From a bacterium (GTDB lineage Bacteria; UBA8248), in NCBI GenBank assembly GCA_965207065.1, contig OZ242260.1:1152001-1216000 (forward strand): DNA of 64,000 nucleotides, in the 5' to 3' direction. The translations under genes were made by a program, and so were the position numbers. This document shows positions 47,372 through 56,864 of the stretch, piece by piece (position 1 is the stretch's first letter; the number at the start of each line of letters is the position of its first letter). The notes beneath the pieces are model-generated. The model was not told the origin of the DNA. It did not search any database and saw only the letters and a program-made list of their open reading frames with translations.

Positions 47372-49972
47372 ATGAATTTTCCAAGACGAATCCTGTTGGC
47401 GGTATGTATTCTGGCCCTGGCCGGCGTATTGGCCGCCGCGCCCGCCGCCTTCGCGCAGGAGTGCCCGCGCGGACCCGGCGTCCCGGAATTGCCGACCCCG
47501 AGCGTGACGGCCGCCGAAGTGGTTGCGGACCCCTCCAAACTGAAGGACTTCGCCCTGGCGGCGTTAAGCGCCACGACGGCTCCCTCAAGGAGCATCGATG
47601 AGGCGTCGTACATCGCATGCCTGTTCAGGCTCAGAGGGGGGCCTTTCTTTTCCGGCTCCACCTATACCGTCACCCTGACGCTCGACGGCAGGGTGTGGAT
47701 CAACACGAACGACATGTCGACGGGAGGCCGACCGCTCAACCCCGCGATTTATGTAGCGATCCTCCACGGGCTGGGAATCGATGTCACCAGCCAGGACGCC
47801 ATAAAAGCCGGTCTGGGGAGCGTGGCCGCAACGGGAACCTTCCCGAACCCGGAAGGCGGCGCATTCAATGCAGTTCCATTCGGCTTTCCGGGCGCATCCG
47901 GCTACGCCGTCGGATACATCGCCCCCCTTACCCGAGCCCCATCCATCCTGCTGGTCGGCTTCGATATCCAGGAATCTCACCTCGCGCAGGAAGCCATCGA
48001 CTCCGGTACGCCATCGATTACGGCCGCTGATGTCACCAACCGCGCAACCTTGAAGCAATTCGTCGATGAAGCGGCGGATTTCGTGAAGACCCTCTCCGCC
48101 AGTGGAGACATCTCCGCCGCTTCGAAAATAAGGGTCGCCTTCCGGGACCCGAACGGCCCCTGGAGGCATGGACCCACCTATCTCTTCATCATGCAGCGCA
48201 CCGGCTACACGCTCTTTCACGGCGCGTTCCCGGACAGGTTCGAACTTCAGATCCCCACGAATACCTTGAGGGACGAGCGCACCGGAGAGCTCATTCTGCC
48301 GCAAATCATCCAGACGGCGACGGCGGCGGGAGAGGGCGGCGATTACGTGGAGTATTATTTCGACAATCCCGACGACCCCACCGACGACTTCAACACTCTC
48401 AAGGTGAGCTATGTGCGCGAGTACGCAGCGCGAGTCCCATTGCCGGATGGAACCTTTTACGAGGATAGGCTCATCATCGGCGCGGGCATTTACGGGGACG
48501 AGGGCGCGGTGTCGGAGGAGAGTTTGGCGGCGACAAGTGGCTGGCTGGCGCGCTTCGGCCGCGCGGTGGGAAGCCAGGCGGTGGACATGATATCGAGCCG
48601 CCTGAACGCGCCCGCTCCGGGCGGAGCGAAGATGACCCTCGGCGGCCAGACCGTGAAGCTCGATGCGGATCCGGACAGCTACCTGACGGAACAAGGCGCG
48701 GATTTCGGGTTCGCCTCCCTCGCGCATCAAGGAATCGACCCCCGCAGCATCGCGCGGGCAAGAACTGCGAATCGGCTTACAAATGGGGAGGAGGATTCCA
48801 CAGACTCCTACCGCGAGATGACGATGAGCCAGCTTCTCTCGGGCGCTACGTTCCATCTCTCCTCGACCAAAGAAGCCGCGGAGGCGGCGGGCAGCCAGTG
48901 GTCGATATGGGGCCGCGGCGCGAGTAGTTCGTTCGAGGGCGGCGGCGACGCCGCTATCGAGGGCGACGTGACGACGGCCATGCTGGGCGTGGACTACGAG
49001 AAGGGCAAGCTGCTTGCGGGCGTGGCGCTATCGCGTTCGAGCGGCGACGGCGGCTTCGAGAACGGGGACCGCAGCGAGCTGGAAGCGACCCTCACGAGCG
49101 TGCATCCCTACTTCCGCTACGCGGCGAGCGAGCGGCTCTCGTTGTGGGGAATCCTGGGCATGGGCCAGGGCGATATGACGCTCGACGAGCGTGATCAGAA
49201 GCACGAGACCGACATCGATATGCGCATGGGCGCGTTCGGGATTCGCGGCGCGCTCACGAAAATGGGCGGATTCGACCTGGCGGTCAAATCCGACGTCCTC
49301 CTCACGCAGATGGACTCGGACGCGAAGGACGGGCTCGAGGCCATCTCGGCGGAGTCGAGCCGTCTCAGGGTGATGCTCGAGGCCTCGCGCGAAGTCGCCA
49401 TGGAGGGCGGCGGTACGTTCCGGCCCTCAGTCGAAGCGGGCCTGCGCCACGACGGAGGCGACGTGGACGAGGGGCTGGGCGTCGAAGTCGGCGGCAGCAT
49501 TCGCTTCACGAATCCGGGTATGGGACTGACGTTCGAGGTGAATGCGCGGGGTCTCATCACCCACGAGGAAGAAGACGTTAGCGACTGGGGCGTGGGCGGC
49601 ATGATCCGCATCGCCCGGGGCAAGTCGGGCCGGGGCCTCGCGTTCACCGTCCAGCCCGCCGTGGGCGAGACCGCAGGCGGCGCGGCGCGCCTGTGGGGCA
49701 TCAAGGACGCCTCGCGTCTGGCGCGAGAGGAAATCGAGGACCTCGACCCCCGCGTCCGCGCGGAGGTGGGCTACGGCCTGGACGCCTGGGGCGGCCTGCT
49801 GACGCCTTACACAAGCCTCTCGGTGTCCGAGGGTGGAAACGGCGCCTACCGCGTGGGCGGACGCTTCCGGATGGGCGAGCGCCTGAGCATGAGTCTCGAG
49901 GGCGACGTGCGCGAGCGCGTGAACGCCGACCCGGTTCACGGCGTGGCCCTTCGCGGTTCGCTGCGCTGGTAG
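47372..49972 (+). CDS. Autotransporter-barrel protein with Cache-like passenger domains
   Basis: Signal peptide AFA; FRDPNGPWRHGPTYLFIM..YTLFHG..VEYYFDNP..KVSY Cache-like domain; WLARFGR linker; barrel ending LRGSLRW. Confidence 0.75.
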   Translation: MNFPRRILLAVCILALAGVLAAAPAAFAQECPRGPGVPELPTPSVTAAEVVADPSKLKDFALAALSATTAPSRSIDEASYIACLFRLRGGPFFSGSTYTVTLTLDGRVWINTNDMSTGGRPLNPAIYVAILHGLGIDVTSQDAIKAGLGSVAATGTFPNPEGGAFNAVPFGFPGASGYAVGYIAPLTRAPSILLVGFDIQESHLAQEAIDSGTPSITAADVTNRATLKQFVDEAADFVKTLSASGDISAASKIRVAFRDPNGPWRHGPTYLFIMQRTGYTLFHGAFPDRFELQIPTNTLRDERTGELILPQIIQTATAAGEGGDYVEYYFDNPDDPTDDFNTLKVSYVREYAARVPLPDGTFYEDRLIIGAGIYGDEGAVSEESLAATSGWLARFGRAVGSQAVDMISSRLNAPAPGGAKMTLGGQTVKLDADPDSYLTEQGADFGFASLAHQGIDPRSIARARTANRLTNGEEDSTDSYREMTMSQLLSGATFHLSSTKEAAEAAGSQWSIWGRGASSSFEGGGDAAIEGDVTTAMLGVDYEKGKLLAGVALSRSSGDGGFENGDRSELEATLTSVHPYFRYAASERLSLWGILGMGQGDMTLDERDQKHETDIDMRMGAFGIRGALTKMGGFDLAVKSDVLLTQMDSDAKDGLEAISAESSRLRVMLEASREVAMEGGGTFRPSVEAGLRHDGGDVDEGLGVEVGGSIRFTNPGMGLTFEVNARGLITHEEEDVSDWGVGGMIRIARGKSGRGLAFTVQPAVGETAGGAARLWGIKDASRLAREEIEDLDPRVRAEVGYGLDAWGGLLTPYTSLSVSEGGNGAYRVGGRFRMGERLSMSLEGDVRERVNADPVHGVALRGSLRW

Positions 49973-50049
49973 AACAGAAGGGAAATTCCGCAGGGGCCGT
50001 TCTTGTGAGCGCCCCCTGTTCGAAACACGGACAGGAAACAAACAACACA

Positions 50050-50133
50050 TAGGGGGCGGTCCCGAGAAGGGGCCGCCCCTACGAACACCTCACGTATCGA
50101 AACGATCTTGTAGGGACAGGTCGCGACCTGTCC
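50050..50133. repeat. Pair of REP-like palindromes between convergent genes
   Basis: GGGGCGGTCCC..GGGGCCGCCCCTAC and GTAGGGACAGGTCGCGACCTGTCC. Confidence 0.8.
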
Positions 50134-50152
50134 TTGCCATTACGAACGCTCC

Positions 50153-50989
50153 TCATCCCCCGCTGCCGGAATTTTCCACCACCCCCACCACCGCCGGTCT
50201 TGCGCAGCGGAAGCCCACCCCGTGGTTCGACTCATAGGGCGCGAAGCCGGTGCGAAAGGCCGAGCGCATCAGAAAGCGGCTGTTGAACCACGCGCCGCCG
50301 CGCAGCACCTTCAGGCTGCCCGAGCCAGGGCCTTTCGGGTTTTTCTCCGGCATGTGCGCGTAGAAATCCCCGCGGTACCAGTCCGCCACCCATTCCATGG
50401 CGTTTCCCGCCATGTCCATCGCGCCGTAGGGGCTCGCGCCCATCGGCCTGCTGCCCACGCTCCAGGTGGCGAACCCCTTGCGGCATGAGGGGATCACGCC
50501 GCCCATGACGGCCCGCGCGCACGTCGCGCGCTCATCCCCCCACGGGTAGATGCGCCCGTCCGCCCCGCGCGCCGCCTTCTCCCATTCCGCCTCGGTGGGC
50601 AGGCGCCGGTTCACCCGCGTGCAGTACTCCTGCGCCTGAAACCAGTTGACGCCCACCACGGGTTGTTCGGGTTCCTCGAACGAGCCCGCATAGCGTTCCG
50701 CAGGCTCAAAGAACTTCCAAAACCGCTGGTTGGTCACCTCGTATTTATCGATGTAGAAGGCTTTGAGGAAAATCCGGCGGCGCGGCGTCTCGTTATCGCC
50801 GAAAATAAAGCCGCCAGGGGCTGAGCCCATCACGAATTCGCCCGCCGGCACGAGCAGAAGGGGCGCGCCGTCCAGGCCGGTGATCTGCCTGGGAAGCCCC
50901 GCGCCTTTCGCTGCGCCCACCCACGCCGTCGTCAGGGCGAGCGCGAGGAGAGAGGCGAGGAGTAATCGATTCCTACGATCTCGAATCAT
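50153..50989 (-). CDS. Formylglycine-generating enzyme (SUMF1/FGE-sulfatase) domain protein, exported
   Basis: VPAGEFVMG, IDKYEVTN, RLPTEAEWEKAARG, DMAGNAMEW, RGGAW and GFRC; signal peptide. Confidence 0.9.
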   Translation of the reverse strand: MIRDRRNRLLLASLLALALTTAWVGAAKGAGLPRQITGLDGAPLLLVPAGEFVMGSAPGGFIFGDNETPRRRIFLKAFYIDKYEVTNQRFWKFFEPAERYAGSFEEPEQPVVGVNWFQAQEYCTRVNRRLPTEAEWEKAARGADGRIYPWGDERATCARAVMGGVIPSCRKGFATWSVGSRPMGASPYGAMDMAGNAMEWVADWYRGDFYAHMPEKNPKGPGSGSLKVLRGGAWFNSRFLMRSAFRTGFAPYESNHGVGFRCARPAVVGVVENSGSGG

Positions 50990-51037
50990 CGTGAACGCTC
51001 ATAAGGCGAGAAGTGTTTTCATTATTCTATAGCCCGT

Positions 51038-51255
51038 CGGGACAGGTCGCGACCTGTCCGTACAACAAAACTTTCCTTGGCCATCCTTGAGGGGGGGCGG
51101 TTGAATTACCCCTTCGTAGTGGGAACGTCGCTATTACCCCCCTGTTAAGGGGGGGTAGGGGGGTTGGTTTTCAAGCCGAGGGAGGGCGAGTGAAGCATGA
51201 TTCCCCTCGAGATGCCCGACCCTTCAAGGGGAGGAGTAATTTTCAGCAATCCTTC
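51038..51255. repeat. REP palindrome plus C/G-run intergenic repeat
   Basis: GGACAGGTCGCGACCTGTCCGTAC at 51039-51063; CCCCCTG..AAGGGGGGG..TTGGTTTTC shared with 55972-56005. Confidence 0.65.
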
Positions 51256-51439
51256 AGCAGGGACAGACCACAACCTGTGAAGGGGCCACGAAGAAGGATC
51301 GCCCCTGCAAAACTCTTTCCCTGCAGGCCGAACGCCACTTTCTTGTTGCAATTCCCCGCCCCGCCTTCTAGGATATTCAGCGTTTGCGCGCACCCGAGCC
51401 ACGAACCCGCCACCCTTCCGACAACGCGAGGACAAAAGC

Positions 51440-53137
51440 GTGAAAACCGCATTCACACTCATCATTGCCATCATCACTTTATACGTCGCACCTGCAGCGC
51501 ATGCCGCGCGCGGGGCCGACGGGCACCTGCGCATCATCTACTGGCAGGCGCCCTCCACCATGAACCCCTACCTCTCGGGCGGCACCAAGGAGATAGAGGC
51601 CGCATCGCTGGTCCTGGAGCCCCTCGCGCGCTACGACCAGAACGGGAACATGAAGCCCTGGCTCGCCGAACGGGTCCCGACGCTGGAAAACGGCGGCGTG
51701 TCGAAGGATTTGCGCACCATCACCTGGAAGCTCAAGGGCGGCCTCAAGTGGGCGGACGGCACGCCGGTAACTTCAAAAGACGTGGTCTTCACCTGGAAAT
51801 ACTGCACGCATCCCCAGGGGGGGTGCTCCCAGAGCGAGAAATACAACGACGTTAAAAACGTGGAAGCCCTGGACGCGCTCACCGTGCGCGTGACCTTCGG
51901 CATCGCGAAACCCTTTCCCTACGGGCCGTTCGTCGGGGCGCAGGCCCCCCTCATCCAGGCGGCGCAGTTCGCCGACTGCCTGGGCGCAAAGGCGCCGCGC
52001 TGCACCGACGCCAACTTCAAGCCCGTGGGCACGGGGCCCTTCTCCGTCGCCGAGTTCCGCCCGAACGACGTCATCTCCTTCGTCGCCAACAGCAACTACC
52101 GCGACCCGGCCAGGCCGGCCTTCGCGCGCGTGACCTTCAAGGGAGGCGGCGACGCGACGGCGGCGGCCCGCTCGGTGCTCGAGACCGGGGAGTTCGACTA
52201 CGCCTGGAACCTGCAACTCGCCCCCGACGTACTCGCGAACATGAAAAAGGCGGGCAAGGGGGTGGTCATCTCCTCGTTCGGCACGCTGGTCGAGCGCATC
52301 GTCGTGAACTTGACGAATCCCGCTTCCAGACTCGGCAAGGAGCGCTCCACCGCGAAGCATCCGCATCCGTTTCTCTCGGACCCGATCGTTCGCAAGGCGC
52401 TCTCGATGGCTATCGACAGAAAGCTGCTCGTCGAGATTGGCTACGGCCCCGCCGGCCGGCCGACGTGCAACATCCTCCCCGCCCCCGCCATCTACAAATC
52501 CACGGCCAACGACGGCTGCCTGAAACAGGATATCCCCGGCGCGAACAAGCTGCTCGATGAGGCGGGCTGGAAGCGAGGATCTGGCGGCGTGCGAATGAAG
52601 AACGGCGTCAAGCTCTCGATTCTCTACCAGACCTCCACCAACGCGGTGCGCCAGGATTTCCAGGCGCTGATAAAACAATGGTGGTCCAAAATCGGGGTCG
52701 AGACCGAGCTTCGCAACATCAGCGCCTCGGTGTTCTTCGGCGGCGACCCGGCGAGCGGCGACACCTTCCAGAAATTCCAGGCCGACGTGCAGATGTACGC
52801 CAACAACTTCGACGGCACGGATCCCGAGTCCTACATGGCGAACTGGGCGTGCAAGGAGGCGCCGCGTCCCGCCACGCAATGGCAGGGCAACAACATGCCG
52901 CGTTACTGCGACAAGGCTTATGACGCCCTCATCGCCAAGATGGCGCGCGCGGGCGCGCTCAAGGAACGGGCCCGCCTCGCCAGGGCCATGAACGACAAGC
53001 TGATGCAGGCCTACGCCCTCATTCCGCTGGTCGACCGCGGCCGCGTATCGGCCCACGCGAAATCGCTGGGCGGCGTGGTTCTGAACACCTGGGATTCGGA
53101 ACTTTGGAACATCGCCGACTGGCGCCGCGTCAAATAG
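51440..53137 (+). CDS. Peptide/nickel ABC transporter substrate-binding protein (family 5)
   Basis: WQAPSTMNPYLSGGTKE, KWADGTPVTSKDVVFTW and PVGTGPF. Confidence 0.92.
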   Translation: MKTAFTLIIAIITLYVAPAAHAARGADGHLRIIYWQAPSTMNPYLSGGTKEIEAASLVLEPLARYDQNGNMKPWLAERVPTLENGGVSKDLRTITWKLKGGLKWADGTPVTSKDVVFTWKYCTHPQGGCSQSEKYNDVKNVEALDALTVRVTFGIAKPFPYGPFVGAQAPLIQAAQFADCLGAKAPRCTDANFKPVGTGPFSVAEFRPNDVISFVANSNYRDPARPAFARVTFKGGGDATAAARSVLETGEFDYAWNLQLAPDVLANMKKAGKGVVISSFGTLVERIVVNLTNPASRLGKERSTAKHPHPFLSDPIVRKALSMAIDRKLLVEIGYGPAGRPTCNILPAPAIYKSTANDGCLKQDIPGANKLLDEAGWKRGSGGVRMKNGVKLSILYQTSTNAVRQDFQALIKQWWSKIGVETELRNISASVFFGGDPASGDTFQKFQADVQMYANNFDGTDPESYMANWACKEAPRPATQWQGNNMPRYCDKAYDALIAKMARAGALKERARLARAMNDKLMQAYALIPLVDRGRVSAHAKSLGGVVLNTWDSELWNIADWRRVK

Positions 53138-53174
53138 GCCCCCGCGCCGCTTAGGGCCACCGGGGCTTCTGGCG

Positions 53175-54185
53175 ATGGGGACCTACACGCTCAGACGGCT
53201 GCTCTTCGCCGTTCCCACGCTCCTCTTCATCAGCCTCGTCATATTCCTGCTCTTGGATCTGGCCCCCAGCGACCCGACGGCGAACCTCCCCCTCACGATT
53301 CCGCCCGAGGTGCGCCAGAAAATCCGCGAATCCCTGGGGCTGGGCGAGCCCATCCACATCCGCTATCTGCTGTGGTGCAAGCAGTTTTTCATCAACGAGC
53401 CGCTGAACGTGGTCGAAGCCCTGCTCGGCGCGGGCGATTCGGAACGCCTCCGCGTGCTGAGCTGGCAGACGCGCTCCCCGGTCGTGGACTTGATCGTCGA
53501 GCGCCTGCCGCAGACCCTGTGGGTCGTGGGTCTCTCCTACGTCATCGGCGTACTCATCGCGATACCCATCGGCATCATCTCCGCCTACCGGCAATACAGC
53601 TGGTTCGATCAGATCGGCACCTTCGTCTCCACCGTGGGGTTCTCGGTGCCGACTTTTTTCACAGGCGTGCTGCTGATCGTCGTCTTCTCGGTGGGACTCG
53701 GCTGGTTCCCCTCCATCTACGACACCACGCACCGCGTGACGGACTGGAGCAGCTTTCTCGTACAGGCGCGGCAGATGGCCATGCCGGTCTTCGTGCTCGG
53801 CCTCTACAACGCGGCGCAGATAAGCCGGTTCATGCGCTCCTCCATGCTCGAGAACCTGGGCCAGGACTACGTGCGCACCGCCCGGGGCAAGGGCTTTCAC
53901 GAGCGGCGGATCCTGTTCGTCCACGTCCTGCGCAACTCGATGATCCCCGTCGTCACCATCATCGCGCTCGGCGTGCCGCAGGTGTTCGGGGGCGCGATCA
54001 TCACCGAGCAGATATTCAAGGTGAACGGGCTGGGGCAGTTGCTCATCGTCGCCATTCAGGGAGGAGACCTGCCGACCGTACAGACGCTCACCTTCATCTT
54101 CGCGGGGCTGATCGTGGCGTTCAACCTCGTCGCCGACATCCTCTACGGGGTACTGGACCCCACCATCCGCTATGACCAGCGCTAG
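53175..54185 (+). CDS. Peptide ABC transporter permease (DppB/OppB-like)
   Basis: QDYVRTARGKG..HVLRNS EAA loop; multiple TM helices. Confidence 0.92.
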   Translation: MGTYTLRRLLFAVPTLLFISLVIFLLLDLAPSDPTANLPLTIPPEVRQKIRESLGLGEPIHIRYLLWCKQFFINEPLNVVEALLGAGDSERLRVLSWQTRSPVVDLIVERLPQTLWVVGLSYVIGVLIAIPIGIISAYRQYSWFDQIGTFVSTVGFSVPTFFTGVLLIVVFSVGLGWFPSIYDTTHRVTDWSSFLVQARQMAMPVFVLGLYNAAQISRFMRSSMLENLGQDYVRTARGKGFHERRILFVHVLRNSMIPVVTIIALGVPQVFGGAIITEQIFKVNGLGQLLIVAIQGGDLPTVQTLTFIFAGLIVAFNLVADILYGVLDPTIRYDQR

Positions 54186-55044
54186 GCGCGGTACATGGGC
54201 GCAGTTCCGCACCCACCGGGGGGCGATGATAGGGGCGGGGATTCTGCTCATCGCCGCGTTCGCCGTGTTGTTCGGCCCCCACCTGTGGAGCATCGACCCG
54301 CACCTCATCGACATCCGCGCGCGCAACCAGGGAATCAGCTTCGCTCACCCGCTCGGGGCCGACCGGCTGGGCCGGGACACACTGGCGCGCATGCTGGCGG
54401 GGGGACGCGTCTCGCTCGCGGTGGCGGGCGCCGCCATGGGCCTGGCCCTCTCCCTGGGGGCGGTCATCGGCGTGGCTTCGGGCTACTTCAGGCGCCTGGA
54501 TGGCCCGCTCATGCGGCTGACGGATCTTTTTCTCGCGCTTCCGCTCCTGCCCCTTCTGCTCGTGATCATCGCGCTGTTCCGCGACGTGCTGCGCGCCGCC
54601 TTCGGTCCCGAGACCGGCATCTTCATACTCATCGCCTCGGTCATCGGCGCTACCTCGTGGATGAAGACCGCCCGCATCGTGCGCGGAGAGGTGCTCGCCT
54701 TGAAAGAGCGCGAATTCGTCCTCGCCTCGGGCGCGCTCGGAGCGCCGGCGGGGCGCCTCATCTTCCGCCACATCCTGCCGGGCGTCATATCGCCCATCAT
54801 GATCTCCGCAGCCCTCGGTGTGGGCGACGCCATCATCACCGAATCCGCGCTCTCCTTCCTGGGCCTTGGCTTTCCGCCGGATTTCCCCACCTGGGGGAGG
54901 CTCCTCTACGATTCGACCGATTACCTCCAGCAATACCCCGGGCGCGTCCTTTGGCCCGGCCTCGCGATTTCGCTCACCGTGCTGAGCATCAACTACGTGG
55001 GCGACGGGCTGCGCGACGCACTCGACCCCCGGACGCGGGGATGA
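54172..55044 (+). CDS. Peptide ABC transporter permease (DppC/OppC-like)
   Basis: HPLGADRLGRD, REFVLAS..RHILP and GDGLRDALDPR. Confidence 0.92.
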   Translation: MTSARRGTWAQFRTHRGAMIGAGILLIAAFAVLFGPHLWSIDPHLIDIRARNQGISFAHPLGADRLGRDTLARMLAGGRVSLAVAGAAMGLALSLGAVIGVASGYFRRLDGPLMRLTDLFLALPLLPLLLVIIALFRDVLRAAFGPETGIFILIASVIGATSWMKTARIVRGEVLALKEREFVLASGALGAPAGRLIFRHILPGVISPIMISAALGVGDAIITESALSFLGLGFPPDFPTWGRLLYDSTDYLQQYPGRVLWPGLAISLTVLSINYVGDGLRDALDPRTRG

Positions 55045-55212
55045 GATCCATCGACTTTCCGCATTCTCTCTCCAGCGGGCCGGGATGCGCTTTCAACCTT
55101 GCGCGAGAGTGTGACCTCTGGCACGATTCGTTTTCGGCGGAACACTCTAAAAACATGACAGCGCGCCGGTCCGGAGACGCTCTCCGGCGGCCCTCGGAAC
55201 AGGAACACCGAT

Positions 55213-55665
55213 ATGGCTGAAAACGAAAACGTCACCTACATCTGCCCCGCGTGCGGGAAAACCGAACTGCCTTTGGACGGAGTGGATGAGCCGAACGAAA
55301 TCCTCTACATCCAGCTCGCGGAGATGGACACCTGCGATGAGGCGCAGATAGCGCACTTCGTGTTCGGAGATTCGTTCACCAGCGGGTTCGGCGGCTTCGT
55401 GCGCGACCTGGACCCGGAAGGCGAGGAGCGCGTGCGGTGGGTTCCCCCGAGGGCGGTGGTGGCCTATCACTTCGCGAGAAACGAGGAGCGCATCGGCCAC
55501 GCGGAGCCCATGAACGACTACTACCCCCAGCCGCTGTACCGCAACCTCTCCAAGGGAGACGGGGTCGAGAACATTTTCGTCGCCATGGCGTTCCTGCCCC
55601 ACAACGAGTCCATGACGCCCGAGATGCGCGCGCAGGGGGAAGCCCTCGCCAAGTCCCTGGGTTAG
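55213..55665 (+). CDS. Hypothetical protein
   Basis: Intact ORF with host-like GC-rich third positions; CPACG near N-terminus. Confidence 0.65.
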   Translation: MAENENVTYICPACGKTELPLDGVDEPNEILYIQLAEMDTCDEAQIAHFVFGDSFTSGFGGFVRDLDPEGEERVRWVPPRAVVAYHFARNEERIGHAEPMNDYYPQPLYRNLSKGDGVENIFVAMAFLPHNESMTPEMRAQGEALAKSLG

Positions 55666-55703
55666 GGATTTTTAGAAAACCACTCCTCGCTCGGAATTCC
55701 ACC

Positions 55704-56010
55704 GTAGGGGTCGCATATATGCGACCCGGCTTTTTTCGCCACCGTTATGTGCCGCATATATGTAGCGCTCCCAAGAAGGGAGCGCTACATACAAAAACAC
55801 GGGGACCACAGACAGGCCAATGGCCTGTCTGTCTGCAATCGGTACGGCTTTCGCCGGAATGACGAACCAGAAATCGCATATACCGTCTTTGGTAGGGACA
55901 GGCCCCTGCGCCTGTCCGAGGTCGCGACCTGCCCCTACGGATTATCCTCCCGCGTCGGGGACATCGCCTTTACCCCCCTGACAAGGGGGGGTTGGTTTTC
56001 CAGTCGAGAG
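55704..56010. repeat. Cluster of REP-like palindromes
   Basis: GTAGGGGTCGCATATATGCGACCC (55704-55727); perfect 13-bp hairpin 55760-55790; composite REP 55892-55938. Confidence 0.8.
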
Positions 56011-56068
56011 GGGCGACCCCTCTACCCCCTATAAAGAGGAATCTTCCAACAGCCCCGCAAGAAAACAG

Positions 56069-56320
56069 CTACCCCTCTCCCAGCAGACGGTTGTATATCC
56101 ACGCCAGAATCGTGAAGAAGAAAAAGCCTATCGCGAACCCCCAGGCCGCGCCGATGATTGCGCCCGGATAGGTGGGGGAAACGCCCGGGTAGAAATCGCC
56201 TATCATCCTCAGCATCTCCCCGCCCACGCCGAACAGCGCGCCCAGCAGCGCGTAGAGGAAAAACATGGCCCCGTAGATGATGCCGGCGGCCAGGCCGAAT
56301 TTCACGGCGTCCAGTTTCAC
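56069..56320 (-). CDS. Small two-TM membrane protein (holin-annotated family-like)
   Basis: KLDAVKFGLAAG..YPG...GAIIGAAWGF..AWIYN; GTG start with RBS AGGAG. Confidence 0.6.
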   Translation of the reverse strand: MKLDAVKFGLAAGIIYGAMFFLYALLGALFGVGGEMLRMIGDFYPGVSPTYPGAIIGAAWGFAIGFFFFTILAWIYNRLLGEG

Positions 56321-56480
56321 GTCGAATCTCCCTGATGGCGTGGAAATACGCTCCTACATACGCTATTCAATATAAGCCCCATGAAGTTTCCCGGCAAAAC
56401 CAACAGCGAGCCCCGGAGGGGCCGCACGTATTCATCCCGGATGGGCCTTTTCGCCCGTCCCGAGACAGGAGGTCGATTCG

Positions 56481-56858
56481 ATGAGCGAAGAAACACGCCT
56501 CGAGAGAGGACTGAAAACCCGCGCGAGAATCTTTGGTGACGAAGGTGAAGAGAGGCGTCAGGCATTCGCGGAGGCGAGTCCTGCGTTCGCGCAGTTCGTC
56601 ACCGAAACCGTTTATGGCGATCTGTACGCGCGAGACGGCATCGACGACAAGATGCGCGAAACCGTCATCCTCTCCGTCCTGTGCGCCCTGGGCCGGGACA
56701 GGGAGTTCGGCTACCACGCCAAGGCGGCGCTTCGCATCGGCATGACGAAAGAGGAGATTCAGGAGATCATCATGGTGTGCGCGATCTATGCGGGCGCGCC
56801 CAACGCCGTGGGCGCGACGGACGTGTCGCTGGAAGTGTTCAAGGAGTTCGGCGTCTAG
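56481..56858 (+). CDS. Carboxymuconolactone decarboxylase (CMD) family protein
   Basis: YGDLYARDGID.KMRE..HAKAALRIGMTKEEIQE..YAGAP. Confidence 0.88.
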   Translation: MSEETRLERGLKTRARIFGDEGEERRQAFAEASPAFAQFVTETVYGDLYARDGIDDKMRETVILSVLCALGRDREFGYHAKAALRIGMTKEEIQEIIMVCAIYAGAPNAVGATDVSLEVFKEFGV

Positions 56859-56864
56859 GCGCCG

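Noticed and set aside
50153-50989. FGE-domain gene as a DGR target or true formylglycine-generating enzyme
   Set aside because: No template repeat or reverse transcriptase seen; the catalytic Cys pair of FGE is absent after RGGAW
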